From an uncultured Rhodospirillaceae bacterium (lineage in GTDB: Bacteria > Pseudomonadota > Alphaproteobacteria > UBA8366): a stretch of 64,000 nt of DNA. Below are positions 28,879 to 37,589 of the stretch, one piece after another. Below the pieces are notes generated by a model, which had not been told where the DNA came from, ran no database searches, and saw only the letters and a program-made list of their open reading frames with translations. Position 1 is the first letter of the stretch. Every line of letters begins with the position of its first letter. Where the stretch lies: NCBI GenBank assembly GCA_913043025.1, contig CAJWLM010000008.1, forward strand, positions 39,306 to 103,305. Direction: 5' to 3'. The position numbers were made by a program, and so were the translations under genes.

Positions 28879-30459
28879 ATGGACCATCGGGTCTTACCAC
28901 CTGCTAATATAAAAAGCGATGTGCTTTCAAAAATTATAACAATTTCTGAGCTGAAAAAATTGTTAGGCGCACGAGGAGTGGCTGATCCCAAGGTTGTTCT
29001 TTGCCATGGAGTTTTTGATTTGTTACACATGGGCCATGTTCGGCACTTCCAAGAAGCGCGAGCAATGGGAGATCTCCTCGTTGTATCGATCACCGCGGAT
29101 GCTTTTGTAAATAAAGGACCGGGTAAGCCCGTTTTTTCTCAGGGCCTGCGTGCCGAAATGCTTGCAGCTCTCTCATGTATTGACTGGGTGACGGTCAATG
29201 ATGCCCCTGATGCTTTACCAATTATCGACGCTATCAAGCCAGACTTTTATGCAAAGGGTTCAGATTATTCGGATGCTAAAAATGATATTACTGGCAAAAT
29301 TAATGTGGAGCAAAAAAAAGCGGAAGCTTATGGCGGGAAGCTGGCTATAACAGACGATATAACATTTAGTTCTTCTGAACTACTAAATCGCCATTTTGAT
29401 GTGTTCGACCAACCTGTCCGTGATTTCTTATCACATATGCGCCTGAATGGGGCACTTAAACGCTTAAACAAACATTTGGAACAGCTTTCTCAAATGAGAG
29501 TTTTAGTGGTTGGGGATGCAATTATTGACGAATACCGATACGTAGCACCACTTGGAAAATCACCAAAAGAAAATATGATTGCAACTAAGTTCGAAGAAAA
29601 TGAGGTCTTTGCGGGCGGCGCCATCGCAACCGCTAACCACATTGCGGGATTGTGTGCCCAAGTCGATATCATGACGTGCCTAGGTGATAAGAGTGGAGAT
29701 AATGGGCACAACGACGAAGAACTTATCATGTCGGGCCTCGCTCAAAATGTCCAACTCTTGCCTATCCGACGTCGCGGCGCTCCGACTACACGCAAGACAC
29801 GTTTCATTGATCGATATTATTTCCGCAAACTGTTTGAGGTTTATGATTTCGATGACACTGCTCTTCCTCAGCCGTTACAAACGAAATTTGATCAGATGAT
29901 TGAGGAGAAAATAGAAGAATATGATATCGTCATTGTAAATGACTTTGGCCATGGACTTATTGCAGCAGAGACAATATCGATCTTAACAAAGAATTCGAAA
30001 TTCTTAGCGGTAAACGCCCAATCAAACAGCGCCAATTTTGGATTTAATCTGATAACGCGCTATCCACGGGCTGACGTTGTCTTCATTGATACGCCAGAAG
30101 CCCAGCTTGCGGTCGGCAATAAAACTACCGATCCCGCAACCGTAGTGTCAAAAGTACTGCCGACAAGAATAGACTGCGACAGATTTGTTTTAACTCTCGG
30201 AGCAGGTGGCTGTACCACATGGGAGAAAGGTAAAAACGTTCAAACTGTTCCAGCTTTCGCAACCTCTGTCGTAGATCTTGTTGGTGCCGGCGATGCCTTT
30301 CTTGCTGTAGCAGCCCCTTTTGTTGCAGTAGGCGCGTCAATGCGGGACGTTGGCTTCATGGGTAATATAGCCGGTGCCATCAAAGTAGGTATTGTGGGCC
30401 ATCGCAGTTCAATTGATGCAGCCAAGCTAATGAAATCTATTACAGGCCTACTTAAATGA
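28879..30459 (+). CDS. Bifunctional heptose-type sugar kinase/nucleotidyltransferase, HldE-like but with swapped domain order (nucleotidyltransferase N-terminal, PfkB kinase C-terminal)
   Basis: 526 aa. The N-terminal part VLCHGVFDLLHMGHVRHFQEARAMGDLLVVSITADAFVNKGPGKPV..CIDWV..KPDFYAKGSDY matches RfaE domain II (HxGH cytidylyltransferase-like). The C-terminal part VLVVGDAIIDEYRYV ... VVDLVGAGDAFLAVAA matches RfaE domain I (PfkB). Confidence 0.75.
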   Translation: MDHRVLPPANIKSDVLSKIITISELKKLLGARGVADPKVVLCHGVFDLLHMGHVRHFQEARAMGDLLVVSITADAFVNKGPGKPVFSQGLRAEMLAALSCIDWVTVNDAPDALPIIDAIKPDFYAKGSDYSDAKNDITGKINVEQKKAEAYGGKLAITDDITFSSSELLNRHFDVFDQPVRDFLSHMRLNGALKRLNKHLEQLSQMRVLVVGDAIIDEYRYVAPLGKSPKENMIATKFEENEVFAGGAIATANHIAGLCAQVDIMTCLGDKSGDNGHNDEELIMSGLAQNVQLLPIRRRGAPTTRKTRFIDRYYFRKLFEVYDFDDTALPQPLQTKFDQMIEEKIEEYDIVIVNDFGHGLIAAETISILTKNSKFLAVNAQSNSANFGFNLITRYPRADVVFIDTPEAQLAVGNKTTDPATVVSKVLPTRIDCDRFVLTLGAGGCTTWEKGKNVQTVPAFATSVVDLVGAGDAFLAVAAPFVAVGASMRDVGFMGNIAGAIKVGIVGHRSSIDAAKLMKSITGLLK

Positions 30460-31043
30460 CGGATTACCCCGCAACAATTGACCAATATCTCGAGAATATT
30501 TCAGACCTCAGGCACAAGATCACAGCGAGAAATAGTGCAGGAGAAATACTTTCACTCGCCGATGCCACAAAACTATCTGTAGAGTTAATTAGGTGTGCAT
30601 CACAGGACGGAGGAAAAATAATATTTATAGGCAATGGCGGCAGTGCAGCGATTGCAAGCCATATGGCAGTTGATTTTTCAAAAAACGGCCGGATGCCAGC
30701 GATTTGTTTTAACGACGCCGTGGCATTAACCTGCCTCACTAACGATCTGGGGTATGAAGAGGTGTTTTCTCAACCGATTCGAATGCTTGCAAAATCTAAT
30801 GATGTTCTTGTAGCAATCAGTAGTTCGGGACAATCACTTAATATAATTAACGCTGTGAAAGCGGCTCATTCTATTCCTATGAAAGTGGTAACACTTAGCG
30901 GTTTTGATGAGGCTAACTTACTTATAAATGAAGGCAATGTAAATTTTCATGTCCCATCAACACGTTATGGTGCCGTGGAAATTACCCATCTTACCTTATG
31001 CCATGCATTGCTTGATTTAATACTAGGAAAGAAAGCGGTCTGA
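30456..31043 (+). CDS. gmhA: Sedoheptulose-7-phosphate isomerase (SIS domain)
   Basis: 195 aa. Contains IIFIGNGGSAAIASHMAVDF and VLVAISSSGQSLNII, which is GmhA-like. An ATGA overlap links it to the upstream gene. Confidence 0.8.
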   Translation: MTDYPATIDQYLENISDLRHKITARNSAGEILSLADATKLSVELIRCASQDGGKIIFIGNGGSAAIASHMAVDFSKNGRMPAICFNDAVALTCLTNDLGYEEVFSQPIRMLAKSNDVLVAISSSGQSLNIINAVKAAHSIPMKVVTLSGFDEANLLINEGNVNFHVPSTRYGAVEITHLTLCHALLDLILGKKAV

Positions 31044-31048
31044 GGGCG

Positions 31049-32641
31049 TTAGCCCTTTTCATTGTTTGAAAATCCACTAAACCCGATCTGTTCTTTTTTC
31101 GAAAAACCTGCTGTCGCGTATTCCGCCGCATTCATAAAGGTTTTATGTGCTCTTTCGGATTTGGTTTGTCGTTTTTTCTTTAATTCTTGGTGTTTCCTCC
31201 AGGTGGTTCTTCGAACATCTTCGATTTCCTCCTGCGTCATACCCTCGATACGAATAGAAGACACAGAATACCTAATGTCATCAGGATCAAAAGATTCAGA
31301 CAACAAACCTCTATCAATAGCCTCGTCATAAACTGGAGTACCCGGAAGAGGAGTTACAACGGATAAGGCAAAGTCATCTAATTCTAAAGACATTGCATAG
31401 TCGGCTGTATGAAGAATTGATTGTTTCGTTTCGTCTGGAAAACCAATCATTAAAAAGCCTCGGACCTCTATATTTTTCGATTTCGCATACTGTATGATTT
31501 CAGGAACGCGCTCTAAATCAACTCTCTTGTCAATTCGTTCATCCTGGATGTCCTGATTTGCAGACTCAATTGCAAGCGTAAGACGATAGAAATTAGCTTC
31601 AGCAAGAAGATCAATCATCTCTTTATCTAAAGCATTTATCTCAGTGCCCGCCGGAACACTAAACACCATATCCGGAAAATTTGCAGCGAGCTCGCGACAA
31701 AGGTCTTTAACTCTCGGACCGGAGACAAAAAAATTATCGTCTAGAAATTGAATTTCTTCGACTCCAAATTCATCACGCAACCATCGAATTTCCTTTACCA
31801 CGTCATCATTTGTACGCTTGCGATAACCCTTAAAACCACCCATCAAAGGAGAAGTGCAATAAAAGCAAACATGAGGGCAGCCTCGAGTTGATACCATGAC
31901 GGCGTGTCGCTCTGCTTGAACATCGCCCCCCCCTGCCCGAACTTCAGAAGTCCAATAGGCTTCCATTGGAAACATATCCCAAGCTGGCAGCGGAAGTTTC
32001 GCAAGGCTTCCTGGATTGGGACCATCCTTACGGAAGTAATATTTGAAATCTTCCCCCTCAACGGCCGGCTTCACATTTGCCTGATTATCTATGATGTCAT
32101 TTCCATTACGATGAAATAGACCGCGGATATCACACAAGTCCCTGGTACCATTTAGTGCGTTGCATAGCTCAACAAAAGTTTCATCTGCTTCCCCCGCCAG
32201 AACGAAATCAACTTCTGGTCGTTTCATAACTTTTATGGGCATTGCTGAAGGATGATGGCCCCCTAACACAATAATTTTCTTTGGAAACCGAATTTTAATA
32301 GCTTCCACTAAACGAAAACTTTCCGCTGCTAGATTGGAGAAAAGAATACTGATCCCAATCAGGTCGGGATCAGCAACTTCTATGCGAGATAGGGCCTCCT
32401 CGACACCCAATCCATAGTAAACAAATTGTTCGGTATAACGCTCCTGATTATAGCCTTCAGCCAGCATATCTAGCACGTCGACCAGATAACCAGCTTCTCG
32501 AGCAGCAGCAGCTAAATACGCTAACCCGAGTGGGGGGTGACAATGCTTGCGCTCTGTAATTGTGCCATCTTTACCAATCAGGCAACGGCCTGGTGGCTGT
32601 ATCAACATAACGCGACGGATTTTATGCATTCTGTTTAACAT
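31049..32641 (-). CDS. B12-binding-domain radical SAM enzyme (class B type)
   Basis: 530 aa. An N-terminal Rossmann-like B12-binding-type region (PPLGLAYLAAAAREAGYLVDVLDM ... IIVLGGHHPS) is followed by the radical SAM motif TRGCPHVCFYCTS. Confidence 0.8.
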   Translation of the reverse strand: MLNRMHKIRRVMLIQPPGRCLIGKDGTITERKHCHPPLGLAYLAAAAREAGYLVDVLDMLAEGYNQERYTEQFVYYGLGVEEALSRIEVADPDLIGISILFSNLAAESFRLVEAIKIRFPKKIIVLGGHHPSAMPIKVMKRPEVDFVLAGEADETFVELCNALNGTRDLCDIRGLFHRNGNDIIDNQANVKPAVEGEDFKYYFRKDGPNPGSLAKLPLPAWDMFPMEAYWTSEVRAGGGDVQAERHAVMVSTRGCPHVCFYCTSPLMGGFKGYRKRTNDDVVKEIRWLRDEFGVEEIQFLDDNFFVSGPRVKDLCRELAANFPDMVFSVPAGTEINALDKEMIDLLAEANFYRLTLAIESANQDIQDERIDKRVDLERVPEIIQYAKSKNIEVRGFLMIGFPDETKQSILHTADYAMSLELDDFALSVVTPLPGTPVYDEAIDRGLLSESFDPDDIRYSVSSIRIEGMTQEEIEDVRRTTWRKHQELKKKRQTKSERAHKTFMNAAEYATAGFSKKEQIGFSGFSNNEKG

Positions 32642-32689
32642 TCGTTCAGAAAGGAAAGGTTTTTAAACTGTTAATACATATTGCTGCAA

Positions 32690-34219
32690 TTAGCACGCCA
32701 AATCACCTAAGGCTTTGGCAATTCGGCCTATAAGTTCACTAAATTCACCTTTAGAACGAAATAAACGCAGGCTTGGATACCATGGGGTATCCTCGCGTTC
32801 TAATTGCCACCGCCAGTCAGGCACAGTATCAAGTATCAGCCAAGTCGGCACACCCAAAGCCCCTGCTAAATGAGCAACCGATGTATCTACGGTGATCAGG
32901 AGATCCACATCAGAGAGTGCGCATGCGGTATCATAAAAATCATCAAATCCATCGCTTATATTTAGTAACGGTGTCTTAATATCTGAAAGTTGCTCGGCAG
33001 CAGTTCCCATTTGAAAACTCAAGAATTTAACACCTGGCACAGAGAGGATGGGCTCAAATGCCTTAAGCGGTAAGCTTCGCCTATGGTCGCGAGCATGATC
33101 CGGGTTTCCGGCCCACACGAGACCAACCTTCAGTTGCCGAGTGTGCGGGGTCAAACAGAATTTTTTATTCATTGAAATATATGGGACTTGGGAGGGAACC
33201 GTATGGAGCTGCGTTTTGAAAATATACGGTAAGCTCATTAACGGTGCATGGCAATCCGCATGCAAGGCCTTATCGCCCACTGTAACTTCATCCACACCGT
33301 CAACGTATGAAAAAAGTCGTAGAAGCGACTGACGACAGCTTATTACAACCCTACCAACTCGATCCTTCACTAGTTGGGCATATCGGATGAATTGAATTGC
33401 ATCGCCATGACCTTGCTCAGCCCACAGAATGATTGTCTCATTAGGCCGACATTCACCATCCCAAAATGGCACACTAAAACTTTGCCGATAGTCTTTTCTC
33501 TGCAGGCGCCATTCGTGTTCTGCAAAGCCATTAATGAAATCACCATGTAGAAGTAAAAGTTGTGCGCGATTGAGACGCGCGAAAACATGCTTAGAATTAA
33601 ATTTTAGCGCCATTTCTGATGCCTCACGTGCCAAAGCATATTCACCCCTCAACCCCCTTGCCACACATAAGTTATTAAACGCGTCGGCATCCTCAGAATG
33701 TTGTTCGATCTGATCCTCAATTTCTTTGACTGCTTCCGGAAGACGGTCCAGCCGCATCAAGGCAAGCCCAAGACCATTCCGAACTTTCGCATGCCACGGA
33801 GCATACAATTGACATTTCTGGAAGTGCCCAAGAGCCGCTTCGTAACGATTACGCTTATTCTCGAGAAGCCCAAGATTATAATGAGCATCGGCATATTCAG
33901 GAGCTTGAGATAGTGCGCTTAGATATGCTGTTTTTGCTTCATCCAGCCGCCCAAGAGCACTAAGCACTAGCCCCAAATTATTTGAATATTCCGGAATAGC
34001 TGGATTAAGAACGAGTGCTTTTTCTATATAAATTAATGCCTGCTCATTATCTTTGAGTTGGTGATTAATGAGCCCTAAAAGATTCAGTGCATCCGTGTTG
34101 TGTACATCCAGATTCAGAATTGATTCGTAAAGCTTTCGCGCAGCATTGAAGTCACCCGATTGGTGTAACTTAACCGCGGCATTCATAATATCTGAAGTCA
34201 CAAACGCACCTATTCCCAA
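32690..34219 (-). CDS. TPR-repeat protein fused to a GT9 (heptosyltransferase-family) glycosyltransferase domain
   Basis: 509 aa. The N-terminal ~220 aa are TPRs (ALNLLGLINHQLKDNEQALIYIEKALVLNP, YSNNLGLVLSALGRLDEAKTAY..). The C-terminal part has GT9 hallmarks: EQGHGDAIQFIRYAQLV, LKVGLVWAGNP.H..D..RS and LLITVDTSVAHLAGALGVPTWLIL. The start is either TTG 34219 or ATG 34186. Confidence 0.8.
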   Translation of the reverse strand: MGIGAFVTSDIMNAAVKLHQSGDFNAARKLYESILNLDVHNTDALNLLGLINHQLKDNEQALIYIEKALVLNPAIPEYSNNLGLVLSALGRLDEAKTAYLSALSQAPEYADAHYNLGLLENKRNRYEAALGHFQKCQLYAPWHAKVRNGLGLALMRLDRLPEAVKEIEDQIEQHSEDADAFNNLCVARGLRGEYALAREASEMALKFNSKHVFARLNRAQLLLLHGDFINGFAEHEWRLQRKDYRQSFSVPFWDGECRPNETIILWAEQGHGDAIQFIRYAQLVKDRVGRVVISCRQSLLRLFSYVDGVDEVTVGDKALHADCHAPLMSLPYIFKTQLHTVPSQVPYISMNKKFCLTPHTRQLKVGLVWAGNPDHARDHRRSLPLKAFEPILSVPGVKFLSFQMGTAAEQLSDIKTPLLNISDGFDDFYDTACALSDVDLLITVDTSVAHLAGALGVPTWLILDTVPDWRWQLEREDTPWYPSLRLFRSKGEFSELIGRIAKALGDLAC

Positions 34220-34318
34220 TTGAAGATTAAAATTTACTGTAATCTTTAATCAACGTAGCGGAATTCCCAATTTACAAAGATAAAATTATGACCAAGGAAA
34301 TTCGGGCACACTAGCTAG

Positions 34319-37300
34319 TTAGGGGTCAAGATAGCCACCTATGAATTCACCATCTTCAGGTCGGATAAGTTTTGGTCTCCATGGCCAGATCATCGTTGTG
34401 CAGGCTTGCTCCTTATCATCAAATTTTCTTAACACCTCTCCCGCAGCCCTATAATTTTCCAACGCCAATGAGACATTACCCAAAATTTCGTGACAACTAG
34501 CTAGTCGAACAAAAGTATCAAAACTCTGGCCTCCTAGAGATATTCCTTTTCCGTAGGAGCATATTGCTTTTTCAAGCTCTCCCATTTTTCTAAATGCGTC
34601 TCCCAGATAGTCCCAAGGCTCAAAAAGCATTGGATCGTGGGTGGCTGAGGTTTCAAATGCTTTTATAGATTCTTGGAGATTACCCTCTTCATAAAGCGCA
34701 ATTCCCAAATTAAAAAAGAAAGCAGGCTCATCTCTTTTAAGGGCTATCGCATTCTCAAAGAGATCAATTGCATCAGAATGTTTTCGAAATATGTTAGCCG
34801 CGATACCCAACATTCCTATTGTATTTGCATGGTCGGGAATCACTTGGAGGATCTGCTGAAATACCTGCACGCCCTTGTTAAATGTTGCAATGCCTCCACA
34901 GAACAAACGAACGCCTAATTTAAATGCTGCGTCTATCTTCAATTCAGCTTTATTAGCGCAAAGCGAGTGATTTACAGAAATATTATTCTCGTGTCCTATT
35001 TTCCCTAGCAAAGATTCAACATCGTGAACCTCGCGAATACATTCGTTATTTTGAATGGGCACACAGTCCAAGCAGTACACTGTGTTTGCAGCCTCTACCA
35101 AGGCTAACTGCAAATCAAAATGCAAAGACGCCGGTAAATGGATGCCAAATTTATAAGCCTCCGTTGTGGAAAAAACGGCACAACTGTCAAACGGTATCAC
35201 TAAAGCAGTTTTTGACCCAGCCTGCCTATTATCTTTTATAAACCTTAGAAATTTATCTCCGTATGCATCATCTTTGATTAATCTCTGAGAAGATTCAGAG
35301 CCCAAAAGTATAACCGTTAAAGGCAAATTTTCACCTTGCGAAGATCTCCACACATTAATGTAGGCTGCAGCTTGTATAGTTGCCTTCATAGGAAATTTCT
35401 GTTTCCTCTCAAAGGGCGGCAACTTTCCCGGTTGTTGATAGCTCCCGTTATTCACCAATGACTGACTATTTGTATTATTTTGGATAGCTAAAAATTCCAA
35501 GGCTCTATTGCGGCATATAAAGAAAGAAAACCCCCTGTTCTTGCGCACCATAGGAATCCACTTCATGACCAATTGCAATGGAATATGCCCACCTACCGAC
35601 ATACTCTTTATGTTTTTTGGAACGATACAAATGTGATTTGGCTGTTCGGCTACACCACTCGCAAACCTCACAAAGTTTTCAAGCGGGTCTTCACATTCCA
35701 AATCATCATCTTTTTCTAAATCGTACTCAACAACGACAACAGGTTGATTTAATTCCTTAGGTTTTCCAAATTCGTTTTCCCAGATCTCCATTGTTTGTGT
35801 AGAACCAACTAAGGGCAGTACGAGGTGCTTGTGCCGTCCCTCAAATATGGTCCTTCGTCTTGGAAATAGGGTTTCCTTTGCCTCATCTAACTTCCGTTTC
35901 TGCTTTTTGTGTGATACCACAAAAGAATTGTACATCCTTGCAGCCGTCTTATTCTTTCCTAACCTCTCATGACAAAATGCTAAATCCAGCTTTGCTCGCC
36001 AGTTCAAACGGTCCCTTTCAACCTCAATCGCAAATTCATCCGCAGCTTTACTCATGTGCCCCTGTGAGAGATACAGTTTAGCAAGAAGGCCTGATATGCC
36101 ATTTAATTTACAATCAGATTTTTTTAAATTTTCTAACAAATCTAACGCCACGGAGGCATTCCCTAAAGATTTTTCTGCAAGTGCCAAGTTGAAAATACAC
36201 TGCGGCGAATGGGGTTGACGATCTAAACAAAGCTTTAAAGCTTTTTTCGCTTCCGTGGGGCGTTCAAGATGAAGAAGTGCTAGGCCTCGCATCACAGCGG
36301 CATCAAAATCATCTTGATCAAGAGACAAAAGATAATCGTAGATATCCAGCGCGTGCGTACATCTACCTACCTGATGCAAGGTTACAGCAAAACGATAACT
36401 TTCGTCTCGTCCAAATATTGGTCGATTTTCGATTTTGTCCAAATCACCGCGCTCTATTGCATTATTTACCGCGCAAGAAGCATCTGCGAAAGAATCCACC
36501 AGTGTCTCGTAACAATCATCATTCCATATTATTCGCTGAAATGGTGTTGCCATCGGTAACTGGCCTCCAATAGGGATCCCATAAACACCACATGTTGCTC
36601 TCTCATCTGCTTCATCTGTTGCATTAAACATCTTATAGGCTAGATATCGAATTTTTGGATTAAGGTAGCAAATCTGTAACGGACCATTGTTAACCAACAT
36701 GTTGAGAAATGCGGACTCGTAAAATGCTAGGCGCAGGTCTAGGTCAATCGCTGCCTCATTAAAATGGCACAAGCCCTTCAATTCTTCAGGAACAGGTAAA
36801 AATACTGCATCTGTGTCACGAATTATAACGGGAAGAAATTCATTTTCATCAATGGTCGCTGCAAAGCGTGCCCAAGCATCAAGGTTACTATTGCGAGCCG
36901 GATCATTAGGAGACTCCCGCAAAGTTATAGCAATTACCTTGCGTCCCCTAGCATGCTTCTCATACCACTCCCTAACATATTGTTCTGCTCGGAGCGTCGG
37001 AGTTAAAATTGGGACTTCATCGCCTTTTAAGTGCCTTATAACAACCCCAGCAAACATAAACGCATCAATCGATGACTGAATAGCTTTTTGCGAGTCAAAA
37101 ATATGGGTGGTGTAATCAACCGGAAAGATATTCGATGCTAAATTATCCTCTATAGAAGTTGCCTGTGCCCGTTTGGAGCAAACTGTGATTCCTTTAATCG
37201 AAGAAAGGAAAGAGCAAGCAGCAATATGCATATTTTGTAATCGCCAACGACTAATATCACCTGACAAATGCATCATACGGAAACCGTCATCGGCCCCCGG

Positions 37301-37450
37301 GACAAAAACTATATGTAATGACTTGCAACCAACCTGAATTCGTCGCATTTCTGCGCGAAGAAGAAAGCTTAGAAAGTCAAAGGTCACCGTGCATATTTGC
37401 AAATCGTAAAAGGCGTAAAGAACACTGTTGCTATTTTGAACATTTTTCAT
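34319..37450 (-). CDS. 1043-aa protein: two divergent GT9-like glycosyltransferase-type modules, each followed by a TPR array
   Basis: The CDS itself is confident (long ORF). Aa ~9-325 are clearly paralogous to aa ~6-312 of the 47163-48728 protein. Aa ~340-520 and ~860-1010 are TPRs. Aa ~690-800 repeat the second half of the module (LTVILLGSESSQ..ALVIPFD..LHFDLQLALVEAANTVYCLD). The GT function is inferred from layout similarity to GT9 and has not been demonstrated. Confidence 0.55.
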   Translation of the reverse strand: MKNVQNSNSVLYAFYDLQICTVTFDFLSFLLRAEMRRIQVGCKSLHIVFVPGADDGFRMMHLSGDISRWRLQNMHIAACSFLSSIKGITVCSKRAQATSIEDNLASNIFPVDYTTHIFDSQKAIQSSIDAFMFAGVVIRHLKGDEVPILTPTLRAEQYVREWYEKHARGRKVIAITLRESPNDPARNSNLDAWARFAATIDENEFLPVIIRDTDAVFLPVPEELKGLCHFNEAAIDLDLRLAFYESAFLNMLVNNGPLQICYLNPKIRYLAYKMFNATDEADERATCGVYGIPIGGQLPMATPFQRIIWNDDCYETLVDSFADASCAVNNAIERGDLDKIENRPIFGRDESYRFAVTLHQVGRCTHALDIYDYLLSLDQDDFDAAVMRGLALLHLERPTEAKKALKLCLDRQPHSPQCIFNLALAEKSLGNASVALDLLENLKKSDCKLNGISGLLAKLYLSQGHMSKAADEFAIEVERDRLNWRAKLDLAFCHERLGKNKTAARMYNSFVVSHKKQKRKLDEAKETLFPRRRTIFEGRHKHLVLPLVGSTQTMEIWENEFGKPKELNQPVVVVEYDLEKDDDLECEDPLENFVRFASGVAEQPNHICIVPKNIKSMSVGGHIPLQLVMKWIPMVRKNRGFSFFICRNRALEFLAIQNNTNSQSLVNNGSYQQPGKLPPFERKQKFPMKATIQAAAYINVWRSSQGENLPLTVILLGSESSQRLIKDDAYGDKFLRFIKDNRQAGSKTALVIPFDSCAVFSTTEAYKFGIHLPASLHFDLQLALVEAANTVYCLDCVPIQNNECIREVHDVESLLGKIGHENNISVNHSLCANKAELKIDAAFKLGVRLFCGGIATFNKGVQVFQQILQVIPDHANTIGMLGIAANIFRKHSDAIDLFENAIALKRDEPAFFFNLGIALYEEGNLQESIKAFETSATHDPMLFEPWDYLGDAFRKMGELEKAICSYGKGISLGGQSFDTFVRLASCHEILGNVSLALENYRAAGEVLRKFDDKEQACTTMIWPWRPKLIRPEDGEFIGGYLDP

Positions 37451-37589
37451 GTGACCAAGCCTTAACCTCAGGCATGACTAAAGTATATTAATCTTAAAAC
37501 TGATGGTAAGAACCGTGATTGAAAATTCATTCACTCTTGCCTCCATGATGGAATGCTTTTTGCATGGTTGCAACCTGTAAAATAGCTAT

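Noticed and set aside
37566-37575. The 10-bp palindrome GGTTGCAACC upstream of the 396-aa radical SAM gene, and a CAACC-N6-GGTTG inverted repeat (42880-42895) upstream of its 667-aa paralog, as a shared operator
   Set aside because: Perfect 10-bp palindromes are expected dozens of times by chance in 64 kb. The shared half-site is only 5 nt, and the spacing differs between the two (0 versus 6 nt). The evidence is too weak without comparative data.
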